Positions 14,004-21,595 of a stretch of DNA of 64,000 nucleotides are shown in pieces. Made by a program: the position numbers and the translations under genes. Every line of letters begins with the position of its first letter. Positions within the stretch are counted from its first letter, which is position 1. The DNA is taken from sequence record PP456879.1; one strand, written 5' to 3'. Under the pieces are notes generated by a model. It was not told the origin of the DNA. It did no database searches and worked only from the letters and a program-made list of their open reading frames with translations.

Positions 14004-15116
14004 CTATTTGATGATAACCGCTTTAGAAAGAGTTTCCATACTTCCAATAACTAATTTGGATTTCTCTTCTTCAGGGTTCTCCATTGCTTCACGCAGGAGT
14101 TCACCAATAGTTTTGGGTTGAACATCATCACTGATTTCACGCGAGCATGCCGAGTCGTCGTACATATCAAACACATTCAGATCATCATCATCCAGGGGCG
14201 TGCTGTCATTCCATGAATAGCTTGATTCATCCGAGGTATCATCAGACTCACCATACTGTTCACTGAGGTCACGGTCCAGTTCAGCCTCATACATCTCGCT
14301 AATTGCTTTATCGTCTTCTTCTTGCGCCTTACGACGAGAAGTCTTGTAGAACGGAAGCAGGCGTTGCAGGACTTTATGGAACTTCTTCTTGCTGATCAAC
14401 CAGCTAACAGAGTAGCGAGACAGCTTTACTTCAGCTGCTTTGATAGTCGGATCGGAGTACAGCGCCATGACTAGCTTGTCCAGTTTGTGCAGATGATCTT
14501 TAAACGAGTTTGCATAAGCAGGATGTTCCCGAAGAGTGAACATCACAAACGAACGCATGTCAGTGATATAGTACTGACTGTGATGTTTGTTGATTTCGAT
14601 GTATACCGGATCTACTGCGCGGTTATAATCGAATTCCTCTGCCCAGGTAAGGCTACGTACTTTAGTAGGACGAGGACCTTCTGCCCAACGAACAGTCGGA
14701 TGTTTCTCACGGATGTTCCAACCATGATTGCGATCATACTCGGTTGACTCTTCTTTGAACCAGGTGAAATTACCTTCACCGCGCGATACAATACCACGGC
14801 ACCAACTGACGTTGATTGCCTTGTTACGGCTTTCAGTAAGATCACAAGGCATGTCCAGAATAGCGACATAACTGTTATGACCATTGGCCACAACGCCGAG
14901 AACAGTAGCTTCGAATGTCTCGTAGCGCTGTCCAGGATACACACGTTCATTCTCATCCAGGTAACGAAGGGAGCAGGATTCGAAGATAGCACGAGTACCG
15001 GCAGGGAAATGGGCACGACCGAAAGGTTGTTCGGCCTTTCTTTCTTTACGACGGCTGATAACCCATTCCAGTTTTTCTTTGGTCAGACGGGTTACGGGTT
15101 CACGATATTGTTTCAT
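14004..15116 (-). CDS. early protein, positional equivalent of phiKZ gp014 (reported ribosome-associated)
   Basis: 370 aa, basic N-terminus and acidic tail; identity by gene count from DHFR and recalled size only. Confidence 0.5.
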   Translation of the reverse strand: MKQYREPVTRLTKEKLEWVISRRKERKAEQPFGRAHFPAGTRAIFESCSLRYLDENERVYPGQRYETFEATVLGVVANGHNSYVAILDMPCDLTESRNKAINVSWCRGIVSRGEGNFTWFKEESTEYDRNHGWNIREKHPTVRWAEGPRPTKVRSLTWAEEFDYNRAVDPVYIEINKHHSQYYITDMRSFVMFTLREHPAYANSFKDHLHKLDKLVMALYSDPTIKAAEVKLSRYSVSWLISKKKFHKVLQRLLPFYKTSRRKAQEEDDKAISEMYEAELDRDLSEQYGESDDTSDESSYSWNDSTPLDDDDLNVFDMYDDSACSREISDDVQPKTIGELLREAMENPEEEKSKLVIGSMETLSKAVIIK

Positions 15117-15213
15117 GGTGTATTTTCCTTTTTACGATTAATTTGGATTATGTACATCCCAATGCATCCTTTCCAAGATACATTGGGATGGAGTCTCCGA
15201 AGAGACCCATCTA

Positions 15214-15816
15214 TTATTCCTGGGTCAGTTCCCCAAGACGACCTTCGGCTTTCATGCGACGGATTTCCGAGATGGATTTACCGTACATTTTGGCCAGTTC
15301 TTTCACAGTACCTTCAGGCACAGGTTTGTTCATGTCGCGGAAGTTCTGCTTAGCGATATTGTAACGCTGATGTTGAAGAGTCTTCAGTTCCGAACGTACC
15401 AGAGCATTGCCAATGCACTGAGAGGTGAAAGTGACCATGAAAGACTTCAGCTTATCACGGTACGTATTGACCCATGCACAGGATTCATCCACGTGCGTGC
15501 ACATGTACTCGGCGGCTTTGGCATATTCCAACAAGCCGACTGCATCTGGTCCAACATCCTGGTAAACCATTTTGTTGAAAAGGCCCAGTGCGATATCAGA
15601 TGCACGTTCAGCTGTAATGAAATCGATTGCATCATTAATGATCAACGTTTCCAGATCTTTGAACTTAACCGCATCGTTTTTGATCAACGCCAGCATAGCG
15701 TCAACCTTTACGGTCAACATCATGTCTTCATTACGACGATTGACCAGTTCATTGGTCTGCTCTTGGGTGAACACATGGTCCACGTTTTGGAAGACTTTCG
15801 ACAGACGACTATCCAT
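15214..15816 (-). CDS. hypothetical protein with C-terminal HTH-like segment
   Basis: 200 aa; TVKELAKMYGKSISEIRRMK. Confidence 0.65.
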   Translation of the reverse strand: MDSRLSKVFQNVDHVFTQEQTNELVNRRNEDMMLTVKVDAMLALIKNDAVKFKDLETLIINDAIDFITAERASDIALGLFNKMVYQDVGPDAVGLLEYAKAAEYMCTHVDESCAWVNTYRDKLKSFMVTFTSQCIGNALVRSELKTLQHQRYNIAKQNFRDMNKPVPEGTVKELAKMYGKSISEIRRMKAEGRLGELTQE

Positions 15817-15993
15817 TTATTTATCCTCATTTACAGTGAATGCAAACATAGTACATTTCGGTTTAGCCGGATGTTGACACCATTCCTTCGAAACCTTACC
15901 TTCGGGTTTGGTCAGTTCATAATAGAACTCACCGCAAGCAGCAGCGAGTCCCATCAGAACTGCAAGAAAACCTACACCTATTTTGGTTTTCAC
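15817..15993 (-). CDS. putative small lipoprotein (58 aa), below track cutoff
   Basis: GTG overlapping upstream TGA; MKTKIGVGFLAVLMGLAAAC signal ending in Cys. Confidence 0.55.
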   Translation of the reverse strand: MKTKIGVGFLAVLMGLAAACGEFYYELTKPEGKVSKEWCQHPAKPKCTMFAFTVNEDK

Positions 15994-16736
15994 TTAGCGA
16001 TGATCCGTTGTACGAAATGTTGGAGATTTGCAACCAGCCGATCGAACTCTTCCTCGGTCAGCTGATCACGATGAGATTCCAGAAGTACTTCTACCTCCGG
16101 AAGAACGTTCAGAGCGATGTCCAGCTGGATACGCGAAATGAACTCTGCGACATCCAGTTCACGATCACGACGAAGATGATTTACCAGCTTGCGATGTTGT
16201 TCACTGTTACAGTAGGTGGAGATCTTATCGATAAGAATATCAGAGATACTGCTTTCGATCTGTTCGGCTACAGCCTGACCGTCTTCCTTTATGGTAGCTT
16301 TGACCGCGAGGATGGCAGCAACGGCTGTTGCGCCAACTGCCAATGCAATAAGACCAAGACCAAGTGCGTTTTCTTTGATGAAGTTCATATTGATTATCCT
16401 TTCAAAGTTGTTTACATCATTGAAGATATCAGGACCCACCGAGAGACTTCCCAGAAGATCCGGAGCAATGTAAACAGAGTTGAGGGTTTCGTATACACCG
16501 GTAACAGCATCTACGTTAACCAGGCTAGAACTGCGCATGGGTACCCATTCACCGTTACGGAAGGCTTCACCGACCAGTACACGAACATCATCTACGTCAG
16601 TGCGGTTCGGCCATAGATCCTTACCTTCTACTATTTTTACATTACGAGCATGGTAGACCAGTTTACCATTCATGCGAGCAACGATATTCGGACGGCACAT
16701 GTTGTCGATTACTTTAACTGCTACGGACTTTTCCAT
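15990..16736 (-). CDS. hypothetical protein, probable in-frame fusion or nested start
   Basis: 248 aa; internal AAAGGA RBS before MNFIKENAL. Confidence 0.65.
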   Translation of the reverse strand: MEKSVAVKVIDNMCRPNIVARMNGKLVYHARNVKIVEGKDLWPNRTDVDDVRVLVGEAFRNGEWVPMRSSSLVNVDAVTGVYETLNSVYIAPDLLGSLSVGPDIFNDVNNFERIINMNFIKENALGLGLIALAVGATAVAAILAVKATIKEDGQAVAEQIESSISDILIDKISTYCNSEQHRKLVNHLRRDRELDVAEFISRIQLDIALNVLPEVEVLLESHRDQLTEEEFDRLVANLQHFVQRIIAK

Positions 16737-16746
16737 TTTTATTTCT

Positions 16747-16896
16747 CTATTTAGTTACGAGCATTTCTTGACCATTGGGACCGATACGATGACCGAGGAT
16801 AACAGTTTCATTAGAAATAGTTTGCTCTTCAAACTTAGCGTTTACAAACAGTCCACCAAAAGTCAAACCAATAACCACTAGTGCGAATGCTTTCAT
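16747..16896 (-). CDS. small secreted/membrane protein (49 aa), below track cutoff
   Basis: MKAFALVVIGLTFGGLFVNA..., first gene after early promoter at 16943. Confidence 0.65.
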   Translation of the reverse strand: MKAFALVVIGLTFGGLFVNAKFEEQTISNETVILGHRIGPNGQEMLVTK

Positions 16897-16906
16897 TTTT
16901 AAAGTC

Positions 16907-16953
16907 CCTTTTTACATTAATTGAAGGTTAAATATCAAGTTAGTAATATACTG
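16907..16953 (-). repeat. 47-nt perfect repeat (promoter core, leader, RBS), copy A
   Basis: identical to 18758-18804. Confidence 0.95.
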
Positions 16954-16971
16954 TTTAAATATGTTTGAATA
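16943..16971 (-). promoter_or_regulatory. phiKZ-type early promoter
   Basis: ATTCAAACATATTTAAACAG-TATATTAC on - strand. Confidence 0.85.
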
Positions 16972-16986
16972 AGGGAGTAGTAGTTA

Positions 16987-17247
16987 TTACATATCGTGCA
17001 GGTAGGTCTCATCAATGATGGCACGGGCTAGCTCAATGAGACTATCTTCATCAACAACAATGTTACCATCTTTCCAGGTAGCGCTATGGGATAACCAGTT
17101 ACGGTAATCCTTACCTCGTACAGGATTGATGCATACCTGACGAGTAGCTGCATCACGGTCACCACGGAAACCCATGATAGCACGTGCACGACGGATTGCT
17201 TCTTTCTCCAAGTCTTCGTCAGATTTAAAAGTCAGGAAAGTTGTCAT
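16987..17247 (-). CDS. hypothetical protein
   Basis: 86 aa, AAAGGA RBS. Confidence 0.75.
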   Translation of the reverse strand: MTTFLTFKSDEDLEKEAIRRARAIMGFRGDRDAATRQVCINPVRGKDYRNWLSHSATWKDGNIVVDEDSLIELARAIIDETYLHDM

Positions 17248-17292
17248 AGTTTGATTCCTTTTTACTGATTTAATAGGTTTAATTACACTGTT

Positions 17293-17321
17293 GTGGTATA
17301 CTGGTTAAAATGGTTTGAATG
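17293..17321 (-). promoter_or_regulatory. early promoter variant (TATACCAC)
   Basis: 31 nt (17297-17327) identical to 18798-18828. Confidence 0.65.
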
Positions 17322-17328
17322 TATTATT

Positions 17329-17661
17329 TCATTTCCACAGACGACAATAGTCATCTACATGTCGAGTGATTTCTGCAACAGCCCTGAGTCGCCGGCGGCC
17401 AGTTAATTTAGAGCAGTGTTTATTAACTAATGTATCAACAGTTTTACGTAACCTAACACAGCGTTCTTCATTAGGTATATCTTGTTCGATAAACAGGCTA
17501 GTTAATTTATGGATTTCCATATGGATTTTCTTACATACATCGTTAGCCGATTTTTCTTCATTTAATTTGTTGTATGATTCGACTAACTTAACAATAGTTG
17601 TAGCAACAGTAGTTGCGGCAACAAAAATTTGAATACCATTGATAAAATTTTTATTAAACAT
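17329..17661 (-). CDS. hypothetical protein with N-terminal hydrophobic helix
   Basis: 110 aa, GGAG RBS. Confidence 0.7.
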   Translation of the reverse strand: MFNKNFINGIQIFVAATTVATTIVKLVESYNKLNEEKSANDVCKKIHMEIHKLTSLFIEQDIPNEERCVRLRKTVDTLVNKHCSKLTGRRRLRAVAEITRHVDDYCRLWK

Positions 17662-17712
17662 TTTTAAACTCCAACTAATGTATTAAAAAAATATGTCTAT
17701 ATTGAAAATAAA

Positions 17713-17732
17713 GCCCTCCCCGAAGGGAGGGT
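17713..17732 (-). terminator. terminator hairpin
   Basis: CCCTCCC-CGAA-GGGAGGG. Confidence 0.8.
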
Positions 17733-17762
17733 GTATGTCGCCAATAAGTGTTACTAATTTAT

Positions 17763-17975
17763 TTAGTTAGTTTGACCATACGTTCTTTCAAAGTTGTTTA
17801 CATCATAACCTGAGTGGTGTGTTGCAGAACCACCTGAAGTAGTATCTATAATCTTAACTACCACTTCATCATTTTCAATGTAAACCGACAGTTTATCTCG
17901 CATAAAATCCACGTGGTCATTTCGAGAACGTAGATATTTCATTACAGCTTCGCCACTGATTTTACTGTTAGCCAT
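17763..17975 (-). CDS. hypothetical protein
   Basis: 70 aa. Confidence 0.65.
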   Translation of the reverse strand: MANSKISGEAVMKYLRSRNDHVDFMRDKLSVYIENDEVVVKIIDTTSGGSATHHSGYDVNNFERTYGQTN

Positions 17976-17977
17976 TA

Positions 17978-18214
17978 TTATTTCCTCGATTGATTCCAGT
18001 TAAAATTATCTTTTGCATTTTTAGTGAAGAACCCGTTACCCCAACCAAATGAGTATCTAAAGTCCTTGATTACACCAACATCCGAATCGATAACCTTATA
18101 TTCAATGACTTTATCACTATTCTCCAGAATGACTAAGATCGCGATAAGATCTTTAGGATCACCTACAGTCAATTCATGTCTTTCAGACTCGTCTCTGTGG
18201 ATAACGATGTACAT
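17978..18214 (-). CDS. hypothetical protein
   Basis: 78 aa, GAGGA RBS. Confidence 0.7.
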   Translation of the reverse strand: MYIVIHRDESERHELTVGDPKDLIAILVILENSDKVIEYKVIDSDVGVIKDFRYSFGWGNGFFTKNAKDNFNWNQSRK

Positions 18215-18231
18215 GGTACTTTATCCTCTAA

Positions 18232-18747
18232 TTATACCCATTTAGTTACTGGGAGTTCGAATGTTTCACACAAGTCGAGTACTTTACGATGTTCCAAGTT
18301 ATTTTCTGGATAGAAGGTAATGGGTGTAGTCGGACTACCCCAATTAACACGACATCCAGTTTCTTTATGGATTTCGCCAAGTACAGTATATGCACCTGCC
18401 CCATCTGCATAACCCATTTGATTAGGGTTAACGCAGATTTGAGTAAAACGCTCCGTCAATACTCGATTAATAGTGATGGTCAAGAGACGAACGAACTCAC
18501 GAGTCTTCTCGATGTCGTCTACCCAGAATTCCAGAAGGATCCATTTCCCATGAGGGTTATCATGCCCACCTTGGAAGAATACACAGAAACCTTCTTTTGC
18601 CTTATAAAACTCGTGATTGGTAATGTTACATTCAACCATTTGTTTCACTGCATGCCATACACGCTCGGTGACATAATCACCATAAAGTTCGATGCAGTGA
18701 CCACGGCCAGGGAATTGTTCTTTTTTAGAAAATTTAATTTCGAACAT
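18232..18747 (-). CDS. hypothetical protein
   Basis: 171 aa, first gene after early promoter at 18794. Confidence 0.8.
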   Translation of the reverse strand: MFEIKFSKKEQFPGRGHCIELYGDYVTERVWHAVKQMVECNITNHEFYKAKEGFCVFFQGGHDNPHGKWILLEFWVDDIEKTREFVRLLTITINRVLTERFTQICVNPNQMGYADGAGAYTVLGEIHKETGCRVNWGSPTTPITFYPENNLEHRKVLDLCETFELPVTKWV

Positions 18748-18757
18748 GGTATAGATT

Positions 18758-18804
18758 CCTTTTTACATTAATTGAAGGTTAAATATCAAGTTAGTAATAT
18801 ACTG
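18758..18804 (-). repeat. 47-nt perfect repeat copy B
   Basis: identical to 16907-16953. Confidence 0.95.
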
Positions 18805-18822
18805 GTTAAAATGGTTTGAATG
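18794..18822 (-). promoter_or_regulatory. phiKZ-type early promoter
   Basis: ATTCAAACCATTTTAACCAG-TATATTAC. Confidence 0.85.
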
Positions 18823-18841
18823 TATTATCGGTAGGGGAGGG

Positions 18842-19255
18842 TTACCCTTTTAACTTTTTAATACTATTGGATAAGTACATGACACTACGGAAAATTTTGA
18901 ATCTTGAAAAGTATTCACGTACTTCTTTTTTAGTCAATACAAGTCTTCCATCTTTGTTTACATTATCACCAAAGACAATTTCCTGAGTATTCTTCCATAA
19001 AGATCTATAAAGATAACAGCCGTGTGGTGCATCACACCAATCATAGATCTTAAGTTCAAATTCAACTTTGTCGACAATATCATCATCAAATAAAATAGTA
19101 TTTCCTTTACTATTTAATTCCATTAACTCATTTGCACAATTTATTGCAAACTCAACCGCTGCCCAGGTTCTACCACCGCTGAACATATCTTTACTTAATT
19201 TATTTAGATCGATAGCATTATAAGTTGTTTTCTTAGTGTTTTTCATGGACTGCAC
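18842..19255 (-). CDS. hypothetical protein
   Basis: 137 aa after early promoter at 19298. Confidence 0.75.
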   Translation of the reverse strand: MQSMKNTKKTTYNAIDLNKLSKDMFSGGRTWAAVEFAINCANELMELNSKGNTILFDDDIVDKVEFELKIYDWCDAPHGCYLYRSLWKNTQEIVFGDNVNKDGRLVLTKKEVREYFSRFKIFRSVMYLSNSIKKLKG

Positions 19256-19297
19256 CCCTCAATAATAAATAGAATAATCTGTATTTAATTCACCTTT

Positions 19298-19326
19298 GTA
19301 ATATACCCTTTAAATACATTTGAATA
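19298..19326 (-). promoter_or_regulatory. phiKZ-type early promoter
   Basis: ATTCAAATGTATTTAAAGGG-TATATTAC next to terminator 19337-19358. Confidence 0.85.
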
Positions 19327-19362
19327 CATGACATAAAGCCTTCCCCTGGGGGAAGGCTATTA

Positions 19363-19887
19363 TTATGTTTTAATCCAATGGGTATATGTACATAGGTCAG
19401 TTTCTTTAATAATGGTTGATTTCCATTTATCCCATTTAATGATTTCTTTAGGGAAATAAACACAACTACTATTATCGATTTCCATCTTGACAGTAGTAAT
19501 GTACATTTCGTCTAAAATATCCTTTTCAATGACTTCTTTATAAAGTTGAGAACCGCCAATGATCCATACATCCTTTCCAGTTTCTTTATTGAAATGAGTG
19601 GCATAAATAACAGCTGCACTTAGATTAGGGAGTACACCTAATTTATTATCACAGGATACTGGGTAATTACCGTTACGATATAAACTTGATGATACAACAA
19701 TGTTATTACGATTAGGTAACGGTTTACTACCTAAGGATAAGAAAGTATTTTTACCCATGATAACACAGCAACCAGTTGTCATTTCTTTAAAGAAAGCTAA
19801 ATCCTCAGGTATATGCCAAGGTAATAGATTATTATATCCAATGACACCATTTAGGTCATGGGCAACGATTAATTTAATAGCCATCAA
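19363..19887 (-). CDS. folA: dihydrofolate reductase
   Basis: IVAHDLNGVIG...LPWHIPEDLAFFKEMTT, IMGKNTF, PLPNRNNIVVS, IIGGSQLY. Confidence 0.95.
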   Translation of the reverse strand: MMAIKLIVAHDLNGVIGYNNLLPWHIPEDLAFFKEMTTGCCVIMGKNTFLSLGSKPLPNRNNIVVSSSLYRNGNYPVSCDNKLGVLPNLSAAVIYATHFNKETGKDVWIIGGSQLYKEVIEKDILDEMYITTVKMEIDNSSCVYFPKEIIKWDKWKSTIIKETDLCTYTHWIKT

Positions 19888-20390
19888 TTTTCCTTAGGCC
19901 AGAATTTACAAGATACTTCATTATCTTTAAATTCAATAGCCCAACTACAGCAAGTGAAATTAGTTTTAAACTTAAATGTAGACGCTAATAGGTAATTAAT
20001 TTGAGCCATTTGTAATAGCGTTAATTCACCATATACTTTCTCATCAATTAATACACCAGGTCTTTTATGTTTAATAACTAATTCATTCAACTTAATATCT
20101 TGTTCAATATAGAGGTATTCCACTTCGCCTTTTTCTAGTATGGGCATGTCCCAAAGAATCAGACTAATCTGCTGTGTGAATTCCTCAATATTAGTTGTAA
20201 TATCTAGTCCTTCATAACCTATCAATAGATTTATAAGTACTTGTAGGCTAATCAGATTAACAGGTAAGTCTTTTAAATCGTCTTCTTTAATAGTTGTTCT
20301 AAAATAAATAGTACCATCTAAGTTTTTAACTAATAACCTATTTAATAGATGATTGACTTCTGATTTAATCTGATAGTCCAGTTTGATCAT
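19884..20390 (-). CDS. hypothetical protein
   Basis: 168 aa, overlaps folA start. Confidence 0.7.
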   Translation of the reverse strand: MIKLDYQIKSEVNHLLNRLLVKNLDGTIYFRTTIKEDDLKDLPVNLISLQVLINLLIGYEGLDITTNIEEFTQQISLILWDMPILEKGEVEYLYIEQDIKLNELVIKHKRPGVLIDEKVYGELTLLQMAQINYLLASTFKFKTNFTCCSWAIEFKDNEVSCKFWPKEN

Positions 20391-20949
20391 TAGTTAACTC
20401 CTTGAGTCTAGTCATGCCATTGCTAACTTCAATAATGTAACTAAAGTCAAAACTATATTTCATCATTTTGAATTCTTCTTTAAAGTTAGCGATATTTCCA
20501 GACAGAGCAATTTGTTCAAATCGACTAAAATCAGTAATAGTTTCATCGAACATTAGTTCTCTTGCGGTAATATCTGGATCATAGTTAGGATGATCAATTA
20601 CAGTACCTTCGTGATTTAAAGTACCTTGAAAATTCAAAGTCTTTTTAACATGGTCTACAGTTATTTTCCAACTAGTTGCAATATACCGAGCTTTAACTAA
20701 ATTAGGAGCATACCTGTAAATACACCATTGTAATGGAGTGCCAACAGTTTGCGTATCATGCGTGGCTTTTATAACTTTAATAAAATTCTCAAGTTGATCA
20801 AATGTAACATTCCTAGTTACACCATCATTAGTGGTTATATTAAGAGATGGTCGAAGACCAGTACCAAGATCATTGGTGATGATTATATCCTCAACTAAAG
20901 CTTCATATAACTTTAGTCCTTCTTTTCTGGATCCAACATCATTACCCAT
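20365..20949 (-). CDS. hypothetical protein
   Basis: 194 aa. Confidence 0.7.
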   Translation of the reverse strand: MGNDVGSRKEGLKLYEALVEDIIITNDLGTGLRPSLNITTNDGVTRNVTFDQLENFIKVIKATHDTQTVGTPLQWCIYRYAPNLVKARYIATSWKITVDHVKKTLNFQGTLNHEGTVIDHPNYDPDITARELMFDETITDFSRFEQIALSGNIANFKEEFKMMKYSFDFSYIIEVSNGMTRLKELTNDQTGLSD

Positions 20950-21302
20950 TGTTTAGCTTCCTCTTTTGTTACCAGTTGATAAAGTTTATTAAATTCACGT
21001 TGACGCATTAATTTGTAATCTAGTATACGCCCATTATTTTTACGAATTAAAATAATAAAATCACCCGGACAGACAATTTTATCTTTATCTGGGCCTACAC
21101 GTAAAATACCATGACTAGATTCAGTTAGATTACATAATGGGCAAATCGCATTACTAAGAGTAGACTCTTTAGTAGGTATAGCATAACCAACAATAGCACC
21201 TTGGTTGATATTATTGATAACGCCATCACCAGGTATATCACCGTTCTTTTTCCATTCGATTGCTTCAATTGGATCGGTGTATTTCGGTAGATAAAAAGAC
21301 AT
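20913..21302 (-). CDS. conserved phage protein with CxxC and VCPGD motif
   Basis: IEAIEWKKNGD...CPLC...HG...VCPGDFII. Confidence 0.65.
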   Translation of the reverse strand: MSFYLPKYTDPIEAIEWKKNGDIPGDGVINNINQGAIVGYAIPTKESTLSNAICPLCNLTESSHGILRVGPDKDKIVCPGDFIILIRKNNGRILDYKLMRQREFNKLYQLVTKEEAKQWVMMLDPEKKD

Positions 21303-21595
21303 TCTTAATTAACTCCGATAAATAATAGTAGTATAGTAAAAAGCACTTAGGTATATTTCTATTTTAAGCTATATTGTTGATAAAATAAAACCTAAGGGTA
21401 CATAGTGGGTTATTATTTAAAGCTCTTAAATAGCATGGTAGAACGATATTGGACTATATAGCTGTAACCCTTAAGGCACTAAGGCTACAGAGGTTTTTAA
21501 GATAAAGATATCCAATGTACCATAATATGCTTTTACAATAGATCAACTAAATTCATTTAAAATGGGTCGTAAAAATACTTAGTTGATCTAAAGAT

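Noticed and set aside
21360-21470. NrdR boxes upstream of nrdA (CTATATTGTTG, CTATATAGCTG)
   Set aside because: Both miss key positions of the 16-bp palindromic consensus.
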